33,616 nt of DNA, taken from contig CAZEHL010000003.1 in NCBI GenBank assembly GCA_964512155.1, forward strand, positions 1-33,616. Direction: 5' to 3'. Numbering within the stretch: the stretch's first letter is position 1; every line of letters begins with the position of its first letter. The position numbers were made by a program, and so were the translations under genes. The DNA is from an uncultured Gammaproteobacteria bacterium. GTDB taxonomy: Bacteria; Patescibacteriota; Patescibacteriia; Patescibacteriales; JAGXOH01. Below, piece after piece: positions 23,277 through 32,120 of the stretch. A model generated the notes under the pieces. It saw nothing but the letters and a program-made list of their open reading frames with translations. It did no database searches and was not told where the DNA came from.

Positions 23277-26237
23277 ATGTTCAGAAGAAAAAGGAAAACA
23301 AAAAAAGATAAAATTGAGAACAATATTGAAAGAGTGGAAAAAGCCGCCGGTTTTGTGGTGGACCTAAAAAGGGGCCTGAATAAACAATTCTATGAAAATG
23401 AATCAAAGGAAGAAGCGCCTCAAAGACCGGAAAGAAAAAAAGAAAAAAGAAAAAAAAGGAGTTTGTTGTTTGTTGTTTTAAAAGTATTTTCTTTGCTTTC
23501 TTTTCTGTCGGTATTAAAGGAAAAAAACAAAAAAGGAGTATTGGATGGCTCCATCGGCTTGGATCGAATTGAAGACAAAAAAGAAAGAAAGAGCAAGAAA
23601 GAAGTTAAAGAAAGGTTAAGCGAGCTTATGATATTCAATGTTTTGAGGGGCACATATAAGATCTGTTATACAGTCGGTTGGTTTACTGTTTTTTTTGTCA
23701 GATTTTCATGGATCTTGGGGTACAGAACATTAAGATCCCTTATTTTTATCGCCTCTTTTGCGAAAAGAAAATTTTCTTTTAACTGTAGAAAAAAAATAAA
23801 AGAAACCGTTTTCTTTTTCGGTGGAAAAATTCAAACGGGCATTAAGTTTTTCCGGAGAAAAATAAAAGATACAAAAGATCGATCCTTTAAAATTATTGAA
23901 AAAAGCTTTTTGTCTTTAAGGGCCATAGCCGGCTTTGCAATTAATGCGGTCGGGACGGTATTCGGAGGTACAAAAAGTTTTTTTATCCGCCGTATCTCGG
24001 ATATAAGAGAAACTTTTTTATTGTGCAAGAAATGCATTCTTTCAATATCGGCCTCCTCGGGGGAAAAGATAAAAAACCTTGGTAAACAAAATCGGGAGAA
24101 AAAGTTGCAAGAAAGGATATGGGAAAAAAACAAGGTTTTGGAAGACATAAAAAATTATAAAAACAACGCTTTAAGAACGATTCCCGTCTTCGCTTTTTTG
24201 GCCGTTTTAATGATAATTCCGTTTAAAGCTATTACATATTACGAATCTTTGCAGATAGATGAATTAAAAAAAGAAGTTTTAGCCTCCACCCAACAGGCGG
24301 CCGCCGACCTTAAAGAAGCCGGAGCCTCGATATCGGCTTTAAATATGGACAAGGCTTATTCCGAGTTCGGAGAAGCCAATATCAATTTTTCCCAAGCCGA
24401 AGACAGAATTGCCAGAATAAACGGAGTTATTTTGGATCTGGCCAAGTTTGTTCCGTCCCAAGACGCTAAAATGGCTTCAATGAGCCGGCATTTAATAGAC
24501 GCCGGCAACCTTATCTCGGAAACGGGAGCGGAGCTGACTTTGGCGTTTGAAGGGATAAAAAAAGCGGATAAAAATGAAATAATAAAAGCCGTAGATGAAT
24601 TTGAGGAACATGGAAACAAAGCCGTAAAAAATTTACAAGAGTTGAACGGCGTTTTGGAAAAAATAGATTCCGAAGCGTTGCCGGAGCAATACCGAGGGAA
24701 AGTAAACGTGTTAAAAAAGGAGGCCGGCAACTTGGAAGATATGTTAACGGAATTGGTCGGCGTTACTAAGGAATTAAAGATACTTTTGGGAGCAGAAAAA
24801 GACAAAAACTATTTGTTGGTATTCCAAAATAATAATGAAGCAAGGGCTACGGGCGGTTTTATAGGCAGTTATGCGTTACTGGAGGTAAGCGAAGGCAGGA
24901 TAGACAATATAGAAGTACCGGCCGGGGGCAGTTATGATGTAAGAGCCGGCATGAGAGAATTCTACGAATCTCCGGAACCTTTACATTTAGTAAGTTCATT
25001 GTGGCATTTTCGGGACGCCAATTGGTGGCCGGATTGGCCCACTTCGGCCGAGAATTTGATGAAATTTTATTCTGACAGCGGAGGTCCCACAACCGACGGA
25101 GTTATAAGCTTCACCCCGACGGTTTTGGAGAGTGTTTTGGATATTACCGGCCCGATCTCCATGGAAGAAGACTATGGAGTGACCTTTACTTCCAAAAATT
25201 GTGAAGAAACGTTAAGGAATATCATTGAAAAAGAAGCCGGCCATGTTGATCCGGCCAAAGCGCGGCGGGAAAACAGGGACGTGACCGAACCCAAAAAAAT
25301 AATCGGCGATCTCATGGATATACTGGTAAAGAAAATAGGCGCCGATTTTGATCGAGATAAATTGATCGAGTTGATCGGAGCCACTTCTGATAACTTGCAA
25401 GAAAAGCAAATTTTATTTTATTTCACTGACAAAGAGTTGCAAAAAGAGATTGAAAAAAGAGGGTGGGGAGGCGAAATAAAAGAAACCGACAGGGATTATT
25501 TGTCGGTTATAAACACCAATATAGCTGGAAGAAAGAGTGACAAGAAAATAAATCAAGAAATAGAGCACAAAGCGACGATCAAACAAGACGGAAGTATTGT
25601 AAATGAAGTAAAAATAAAGAGGCATCATACGGGCGATAAGAACACTCCTTATTACGGAGAGAGAAACGTGAATTGGATGAGGGTTTACGTGCCGGAAGGC
25701 AGTGAGTTTATGGAAGCCAAAGGTTTTGATAATAGACCGGATGAGGTTTATTTTGATTCCCCTGAAAATGATTGGGAAAAACATTCTCTTGTGGAAAAAC
25801 AACAAAGCTCAATGAAAGAAATGGATAGTTCAAAAGCAAAAGTATATAATACCGAAATTTACGATAATGCAAATAAAACCGTAATTGCCGGCTGGTCCAT
25901 GTTGGATCCGGGAGAAAGCGAAATTATAACTTTAAAATATGAATTGCCCTTTAAACTGGTTAAGGAGAAAAAGAATAAGAATAAGAAAAAAGGTTTTTCC
26001 GAGATAGCCAAAGAAATGATAAGCCCGGAGGAGAAAGAATTGTATCCGTATTCTCTATACATACAAAAACAACCGGGAATTAAAACCGACAGCTCCACTG
26101 TCAAAAGCGAGGTAATTTTTTCGGACAGATATTCGGTGATATGGAATTATCCGAAAGGTGCGGAAAATAAAGAAAAAAAATATGAAGCTTCCTTAAATTC
26201 GGATCAGTATTGGGCGGTTTTACTGGAGAAAAAATAA
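23277..26237 (+). CDS. DUF4012-domain surface protein with ~300-aa Lys/Arg-rich N-terminal extension
   Basis: LLVFQNNNEARATGGFIGSYALLEVSEGRI is the DUF4012 signature. The TM helix RTIPVFAFLAVLMIIPF precedes it. The ORF opens at TTG 23256; the first ATG is at 23277. Confidence 0.8.
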   Translation: MFRRKRKTKKDKIENNIERVEKAAGFVVDLKRGLNKQFYENESKEEAPQRPERKKEKRKKRSLLFVVLKVFSLLSFLSVLKEKNKKGVLDGSIGLDRIEDKKERKSKKEVKERLSELMIFNVLRGTYKICYTVGWFTVFFVRFSWILGYRTLRSLIFIASFAKRKFSFNCRKKIKETVFFFGGKIQTGIKFFRRKIKDTKDRSFKIIEKSFLSLRAIAGFAINAVGTVFGGTKSFFIRRISDIRETFLLCKKCILSISASSGEKIKNLGKQNREKKLQERIWEKNKVLEDIKNYKNNALRTIPVFAFLAVLMIIPFKAITYYESLQIDELKKEVLASTQQAAADLKEAGASISALNMDKAYSEFGEANINFSQAEDRIARINGVILDLAKFVPSQDAKMASMSRHLIDAGNLISETGAELTLAFEGIKKADKNEIIKAVDEFEEHGNKAVKNLQELNGVLEKIDSEALPEQYRGKVNVLKKEAGNLEDMLTELVGVTKELKILLGAEKDKNYLLVFQNNNEARATGGFIGSYALLEVSEGRIDNIEVPAGGSYDVRAGMREFYESPEPLHLVSSLWHFRDANWWPDWPTSAENLMKFYSDSGGPTTDGVISFTPTVLESVLDITGPISMEEDYGVTFTSKNCEETLRNIIEKEAGHVDPAKARRENRDVTEPKKIIGDLMDILVKKIGADFDRDKLIELIGATSDNLQEKQILFYFTDKELQKEIEKRGWGGEIKETDRDYLSVINTNIAGRKSDKKINQEIEHKATIKQDGSIVNEVKIKRHHTGDKNTPYYGERNVNWMRVYVPEGSEFMEAKGFDNRPDEVYFDSPENDWEKHSLVEKQQSSMKEMDSSKAKVYNTEIYDNANKTVIAGWSMLDPGESEIITLKYELPFKLVKEKKNKNKKKGFSEIAKEMISPEEKELYPYSLYIQKQPGIKTDSSTVKSEVIFSDRYSVIWNYPKGAENKEKKYEASLNSDQYWAVLLEKK

Positions 26238-26270
26238 ACCATCATCCATTCCATTCTGTAAATAAATAAT

Positions 26271-28322
26271 ATGAAGAAAAATAATAAAAAGACAAAAAAA
26301 AGCGAAGAAAAGGTGGGTAAAAAGACGGAAAAAAGATCGAGCATCGCCGAGTTCGTTAAGAGGCCTTTGCCAACTGACAATGAAATGAAAAGATTTGAGG
26401 ACTATTTGACCGATCAAATGGAGAGAGACAATCAAAAAGGCGGGGGATTCGCGGACAAAGAAGAAAGAGAAGGCGATATAAATGATAGTCTGACTGAAAT
26501 ATATAAGGACTCCAAAGGAAATCCGGTGGATGTTGATAAGCTGGAAATAAAAAAGGGCAGAGGTATAATTTTCTGGTTCTTTTCCCTTCTCTTTTTCGTG
26601 TTGTTCTGCTTGGGGGCCGGCATGTATGGTTATTATTATATGTTCAATACGGGGTCCGGCTTGGAAGAAGTGGATATAAAAATAGAAGCCGAAGAAAGCG
26701 TTCTGGCGAACGAAGTGTTCACTTATAACATCATCTGCGAAAATAGAAGCAGGGTTCCTTTAAAGGATGCAAGGTTGGATATTAATTATCCGGACAATTT
26801 TATTTTGCTTAATTCCTCAAAAGAGCCGGACGAAGGAGATAATAGCTGGTCATTCGATAACATTCCGGCCGGCGAAGACAAGAAAATAAGCATAGAAGGC
26901 AAAATAATCGACAAAAAAAACTCCTCCAATGTTTTGTTGGCAACAATGAACTATATTCCTGAAAATTTTTCCAGTGAATTCAAAAAAGAAGACTCCTCCA
27001 ATTTAAAAATAAAAGAGACCGGAATCAATATAGCGGTTGAACATCCTTCCGATGTTTTGGTGGGAGAAGAGGAGGTAATTTCATTTGATCTGGAACCTCA
27101 AAAAGAGAATTTTATAGACGAATTCCAAATAAAAGGAAATATACCGGACAACATGGAGATACTTGATACTTCTTTATCCGGCAACCAAACTGAAGGTGCC
27201 GAAGAAAGCTCCGGTAAAGTGGAGGAGATTGAAAAAGGAAGGTGGAAGATCAAAGAATTGGGTGATGGGGAGCATAAATTGGATATAAAATTCAGATTCA
27301 ATGAAAAAGCTTCCGGTACCGAAGATATTGACTTTGATATTATAAAACAGGAAGAAAACAGGGATCATATCTTTGACACGAAAGAATTTTTTATAAAAGT
27401 CTTGGAAAGCGACTTGGAATTAAATATGATAATAGAAGGAGAAAAAGATGACCAAGCGGTCGATTTCGGGCAAAAACTGAATTATTCCATAACATATGCC
27501 AACAGAGGAGAATCGACTATGAAAAATGTGCTTATTATGGCGGTACTGGAGAACGGATTTTTGGATTGGACAACCTTGAAAGACGGCAATAACGGAGAAG
27601 AAAAAGGAAACACCATTACCTGGTCCGGCGAGGAAGTGCCGAAATTGGAAAAATTGGAACCGGGACAAGAAGGCAGTATAGATTTTTCCTTGAATGTGGT
27701 TGATTTTAGGGAAGAGATGCTGGAAAAAAAGAATTTTCAAATAAGAAGTTACGCCCAATACGAGATAAAAGGCGATAAAGAATCCTCCATCACCATAGAA
27801 GACAATAAAAGCAATGAGATCATAAATAAAATCAACAGCGATGTAAACATAAGTGAAGAGATCAGATATTTTGATGAAAGTAATATGCCGGTAGGATCCG
27901 GCCCCTTACCTCCCAGAGTGGGAGAAAAAACAGAGTTTAAAGTATATTGGACCGTTACCAATAATTTGCATAATCTAATCGACGGTAAAGTGGAGATGGA
28001 ATTGCCGGACCATATTGAATGGGAGGGGAAAAGCAGGGCTTCGGCCGGAAATATCGATTATAAAGAAGAAGAGGGAAAGGTTGTTTGGAATATCGGCAAA
28101 ATGCCGACAACCGTCTACCGTCTTGACGGCCAATTCAATATTTCCTTGACCCCCAAAAAAGAAGATATTGATAAAATAATGGTGCTATCTTCCGGCGCTG
28201 AAATTTCAGCCAAAGATGAGAACACCGAGGCGATCATAGAAAAGAAAGAAGAACCGGCAACCACTAAATTGAAAGATGATGATATTGCCGATATGAATAG
28301 CGACGGACGAGTGGTTGAATAA
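26271..28322 (+). CDS. Membrane-anchored protein with DUF11/CARDB-like repeat domains
   Basis: Basic cytoplasmic N-tail and one TM helix (IIFWFFSLLFFVLFCLGAGMYGYYY). Repeat-domain signatures: VFTYNIICENRSRVPLKDARLDINYP and LNYSITYANRGESTMKNVLIMAVL. Confidence 0.7.
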   Translation: MKKNNKKTKKSEEKVGKKTEKRSSIAEFVKRPLPTDNEMKRFEDYLTDQMERDNQKGGGFADKEEREGDINDSLTEIYKDSKGNPVDVDKLEIKKGRGIIFWFFSLLFFVLFCLGAGMYGYYYMFNTGSGLEEVDIKIEAEESVLANEVFTYNIICENRSRVPLKDARLDINYPDNFILLNSSKEPDEGDNSWSFDNIPAGEDKKISIEGKIIDKKNSSNVLLATMNYIPENFSSEFKKEDSSNLKIKETGINIAVEHPSDVLVGEEEVISFDLEPQKENFIDEFQIKGNIPDNMEILDTSLSGNQTEGAEESSGKVEEIEKGRWKIKELGDGEHKLDIKFRFNEKASGTEDIDFDIIKQEENRDHIFDTKEFFIKVLESDLELNMIIEGEKDDQAVDFGQKLNYSITYANRGESTMKNVLIMAVLENGFLDWTTLKDGNNGEEKGNTITWSGEEVPKLEKLEPGQEGSIDFSLNVVDFREEMLEKKNFQIRSYAQYEIKGDKESSITIEDNKSNEIINKINSDVNISEEIRYFDESNMPVGSGPLPPRVGEKTEFKVYWTVTNNLHNLIDGKVEMELPDHIEWEGKSRASAGNIDYKEEEGKVVWNIGKMPTTVYRLDGQFNISLTPKKEDIDKIMVLSSGAEISAKDENTEAIIEKKEEPATTKLKDDDIADMNSDGRVVE

Positions 28323-28377
28323 AGCCTTAACCCTTTATTTCGCTGTATTGTTTAAATAATATTTTTATTACATTATT

Positions 28378-31149
28378 ATGAAAAAAAATTCCAAATTCGT
28401 TTTATTACTTTTCCTTCTGTTTGTCAGTGCCGCTTTTATTTATTCAAAAGAAAAAGAAATCGACACATTTTTGAATATGAGGGCTCAAGCCCAAGACGAA
28501 CCGGATGCCGTTGCGGTCCGCATTCTACCCAATCCGGACCACCTTGATCCGCTTCGGTGGTATAAGGAACAGGGGTTTAAGGGTGATCCGGAAAGAATAA
28601 CAGTGGATGGCTACAACGGGATTAAAAATGACAGAACGGCCTATGTTAACGTCGGCCATGAGTCGGGAGGAGATTTTTATAACAACATCTATGTCTTTTC
28701 TTACACCCAGGACGCAAGCGCCAACACAGTGGAGATATTCAATAGATTTTTGGATAATTGGACATTCAACACCAACCAAATAGAAGAAGAAGATGATCTG
28801 GGATATTGTGCCATTTCCACTATAAATTGTGTTGAGGACGATGATTGTTCAGAAGAATACAAATGCAGTGATAACCGAAAATGCGTCCCGGAAGATCCCA
28901 TAAGATGCTACAAAGATTCGGCTTGTCCGGACAATATATATTGCGATAGCGACAAGGCCAAAACAACAAGGGATACGGAACGGTTGGCCGGAATGAAAGA
29001 AATCGAAATATTGGCCGATCATTACAAGGACATTCACGGACATTACCCCAAATTGGAAGCGGGAACTTATTTATCCGGCAAAACCGTGTCGGTTTGGCCC
29101 AGTTGGGAGGATAAGTTCCAACAAGAGATGTCGGATGTTATCGCCGAATATTCAGTGTTCAACTCTTTGCCCCGGGATCCGATAAACAGATTGGCCAGAT
29201 GTTCCGAAAGCTCATCTCCTCAATATGATCAAACCACCTGCTGGGATGAGCAAGACAAAACCTTTGCGGGAGATGTATCGGAGGATTCCATCGTTCTTCC
29301 CACCCACTCCGGAACTCATCCATACACCGGCGAAAGCCATGAATATGAGAGCCATGCTTATACTTATGTTTACGGCAGTTTTGATGTTTGCTCTCCTCTG
29401 GAAAACCCCGATATTATTAATGTGGGGAATTTTTTTAGAGGATCTTGCACTCCGGATTCCGGCAATAATGCTTCTTTGAGAAGATCCACGGAAAATAATC
29501 CTCCGGAAATTATGTGCGGCACTTTGTCCGCCCACCCGGGAAGTGAATTGTCCGCTTACATTCAAGCTCAGGATCCGGACGGAGACGCCATCTCCGATTG
29601 GAGTATTTCCGGCGCCGATTGGTCGGGATGGTCTTTAGAGCTACAAGAATCTCCGATGGAAGGATTTATAAGAGTTTATTCTCCTTCAGTCGGGGAAGAA
29701 GGGACTTACGATTTTCAACTGACCGCCACCGACAATCAAGGCAATTCCGGTTCGGCCACTTGCGGCATAGAAGTGGGCAATAGCGCTCCTTCGGTATCGG
29801 TTGATTGTGATAATCAAATAAGAGTAAATGATGATTATTCCTGCAATATCAATGTTTATGAACCGGATGGAGATGAAGTAAGTTACGACATTAGTGGTCT
29901 GCCTCCGGGTTTAAGCCACTCATCCGGTTATATTCAAGGCACCCCTTCTTCTAAGGGAGAATATCCTATAAATATTTCAGTTGAAGATCCTTTCGGTAAA
30001 GAGGATTCAACTTCTTATACTTTAAGGGTTAATACTTACTGCGGAGACGGAACCGTCCAAAACCCTAACGGAGAGGGAGTTGAAGAAGAATGCGATGATG
30101 GAGAAGATAATGGAGAAGTATGCGACCCCGACTACAACGACCCTTGCGAATATTGTAGCAATTCTTGCCAATTGATCAGCAAGAACGCCCCGGGAGAGTG
30201 TGGAAACGGAATAGTGGAAGCCGAATATGGAGAGGATTGCGATCCTCCGAATGAAAGTGATAATTGTAATGAAAATTGCCATTGGGGATGTTTTAATTAT
30301 GATGAAGACGTTAGTTTAAGTTTTGCCGAGGGTTCGCAAGCTCAGTTAGCCAAAGATGAATCAACAACTTTATCATTGCCGGTTTGCACCGGAGTGAAAA
30401 CTGATAGTTTTAAAGTTGATGTAGAAATGATAGATGTTTCTTCCGGTGATTCCATGGGAGTTGTGTTTGTAACCGATACCTCCGGAAGCATGGGAGGGGA
30501 AATAGGAGATGTAAGGGAGGCCATTAAGGATAGTATAGACCAACTGAATAGTGAATTAACCAATCCGACCGAGGTGGGATTGGTGGAATTCTCAAGTAGT
30601 TTGGAATCCAGCCATGGCCCCTTGGAATTGAATAATTCCAATGCGGACACATTAAAAAATTATGTTGATAGTTATAACGACGGCGGAGGAACAGATGTAA
30701 GCGCCGGCACCAACGAGGCCTATGACATGCTGAGTTCCGGAGGATATGATGATAAAATTATGGTGATCTTGGCCGATGGTGACGGAGGAGATCCGGAATT
30801 GGAGGCGGCCAAAGGGGAAGGAATGGAGATCTACACCATAGCTTACGGAGGCGGAGCTCCCGATATGGAGGATTGGGCCACTGATCCAAGTTATGCTTAT
30901 AGCGGCAGTGATGCCGACCAGGTCTATAATGATATAACAGAGTCAATTATAACCAGTCCGGAAGGAGATATTGAGGTGGTTGTAAACGGTAATGTCAACA
31001 CAATAGAGGCCGAGGATGATACCAATGTGTCTTTGTCCGGAGTGTCGTGCGACTCTGATAATGAAAGTTTAATAAATTTTAGTAATAATTTCGAACAAGG
31101 GGAGGTAAGGTATAGTAATCCACGCATTGATATATGCACCATTGATTAA
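28378..31149 (+). CDS. Large mosaic surface protein: pilin-like core, Cys-rich repeats, two Ig/cadherin-like (He_PIG-type) domains, C-terminal vWA domain
   Basis: N-terminal anchor. RDTERLAGMKEIEILADHYKDIHGHYP...LPRDP (pilin/GspG-like). AQDPDGD and YEPDGDEVSYDISGLPPGL...GTPSSKGEYPINI. CGDGTVQ...EECDDG and CGNGIVE...EDCDP. MIDAS motif DTSGSMGG...GGGTD...ADGDG. Confidence 0.8.
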   Translation: MKKNSKFVLLLFLLFVSAAFIYSKEKEIDTFLNMRAQAQDEPDAVAVRILPNPDHLDPLRWYKEQGFKGDPERITVDGYNGIKNDRTAYVNVGHESGGDFYNNIYVFSYTQDASANTVEIFNRFLDNWTFNTNQIEEEDDLGYCAISTINCVEDDDCSEEYKCSDNRKCVPEDPIRCYKDSACPDNIYCDSDKAKTTRDTERLAGMKEIEILADHYKDIHGHYPKLEAGTYLSGKTVSVWPSWEDKFQQEMSDVIAEYSVFNSLPRDPINRLARCSESSSPQYDQTTCWDEQDKTFAGDVSEDSIVLPTHSGTHPYTGESHEYESHAYTYVYGSFDVCSPLENPDIINVGNFFRGSCTPDSGNNASLRRSTENNPPEIMCGTLSAHPGSELSAYIQAQDPDGDAISDWSISGADWSGWSLELQESPMEGFIRVYSPSVGEEGTYDFQLTATDNQGNSGSATCGIEVGNSAPSVSVDCDNQIRVNDDYSCNINVYEPDGDEVSYDISGLPPGLSHSSGYIQGTPSSKGEYPINISVEDPFGKEDSTSYTLRVNTYCGDGTVQNPNGEGVEEECDDGEDNGEVCDPDYNDPCEYCSNSCQLISKNAPGECGNGIVEAEYGEDCDPPNESDNCNENCHWGCFNYDEDVSLSFAEGSQAQLAKDESTTLSLPVCTGVKTDSFKVDVEMIDVSSGDSMGVVFVTDTSGSMGGEIGDVREAIKDSIDQLNSELTNPTEVGLVEFSSSLESSHGPLELNNSNADTLKNYVDSYNDGGGTDVSAGTNEAYDMLSSGGYDDKIMVILADGDGGDPELEAAKGEGMEIYTIAYGGGAPDMEDWATDPSYAYSGSDADQVYNDITESIITSPEGDIEVVVNGNVNTIEAEDDTNVSLSGVSCDSDNESLINFSNNFEQGEVRYSNPRIDICTID

Positions 31150-31174
31150 TAATATATAACTATAATATATAATT

Positions 31175-32086
31175 ATGTTTAATAAAAAAGAAAAAATTAT
31201 AATTTATTTTTTTTTCGGAATTATTTTGTTAATAATAATGTTGTTTTTTGTTTTTACTAAAAATCAAAATTTATCTGATAAACCGGAAAATTTAACAAAT
31301 GAAAACGAGAAAGAAATTGTAAAAGATCAAGACTCTTTAGAGGACGATAAGAAAAGCGAGGATTCTACAGAAGACACGGAGAGACAATCTCGTCAAGAGA
31401 TTGACAATATTTACGCAAAAGCTCAAAAATCCAATAGTATAGATGAGTGTCAAAATATTAAAAATAAAGAAACAAAAGATCATTGTATTATGAATCTGGC
31501 TTTGTCTAATGATAATAACAATGATTGCGAAGTTATAAGTGATGAAAGGATAAAACAAGATTGCATCAACAATATTTATTTAAAACAAGCCAAATCAACT
31601 CAAGATATTAGTGTGTGCGAAAAAATGCTTTCAGATAAATATAAAGAAAAATGTGTTGCCTCTGTCGTTAACGAAATTGATGATCCGCAAAATATTGAAA
31701 TATGCAATACCCTGGAAGGTGAAGCAAAAAGTACTTGTCGTGATAGAATAAATTTTAATTTGGCGATAAAAGAGCAAGATATGAAAGCTTGTGAAGAAAT
31801 CAACTCTGAATTGGAAAGAAAAGAATGTATAAATAAAATGATATTTGAATTAAAATTAAGGGATACCGATGAATGCCAAAAAAATCTTAATGGAGTCGGG
31901 GTCGAATACTGCAAGGAGAAACTAACAAAATTTTTAAATAGTGAAGAATTTGATTTTGATCAAGACGGACTTAGCAATGCGGAAGAAAAAAAGCATGGAA
32001 CCGATCCCTATTTAGAAGATACGGACGGGGACGGTTATAATGACAAAGAAGAAGTGGAAAAAGGATATAATCCAAGCGGAAATTAA
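31175..32086 (+). CDS. Membrane-anchored protein with six C-x(10-11)-C repeats and C-terminal TSP3-type calcium-binding repeats
   Basis: Anchor IIIYFFFGIILLIIMLFFVF. Six units such as CQNIKNKETKDHC and CEVISDERIKQDC. Tail DQDGLSNAEEKKHGTDPYLEDTDGDGYNDKEE. Confidence 0.7.
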   Translation: MFNKKEKIIIYFFFGIILLIIMLFFVFTKNQNLSDKPENLTNENEKEIVKDQDSLEDDKKSEDSTEDTERQSRQEIDNIYAKAQKSNSIDECQNIKNKETKDHCIMNLALSNDNNNDCEVISDERIKQDCINNIYLKQAKSTQDISVCEKMLSDKYKEKCVASVVNEIDDPQNIEICNTLEGEAKSTCRDRINFNLAIKEQDMKACEEINSELERKECINKMIFELKLRDTDECQKNLNGVGVEYCKEKLTKFLNSEEFDFDQDGLSNAEEKKHGTDPYLEDTDGDGYNDKEEVEKGYNPSGN

Positions 32087-32120
32087 AATAGATCTAATTA
32101 TAAAAAAGAAAAGCGATCAT

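Noticed and set aside
23256-24260. The Lys/Arg-rich region as a separate gene, or non-coding DNA, upstream of the DUF4012 core
   Set aside because: The reading frame is continuous for 993 codons, with no internal stop and no obvious internal start context near the TM helix. I therefore kept it as one gene and flagged it as a finding.
32040-32120. N-terminal extension of tgt overlapping the end of the previous gene
   Set aside because: The Lys-rich extension (MTKKKWKKD...) has no counterpart in Tgt proteins. It would overlap the upstream gene by 47 nt, whereas the ATG at 32121 aligns with the Tgt N-terminus.
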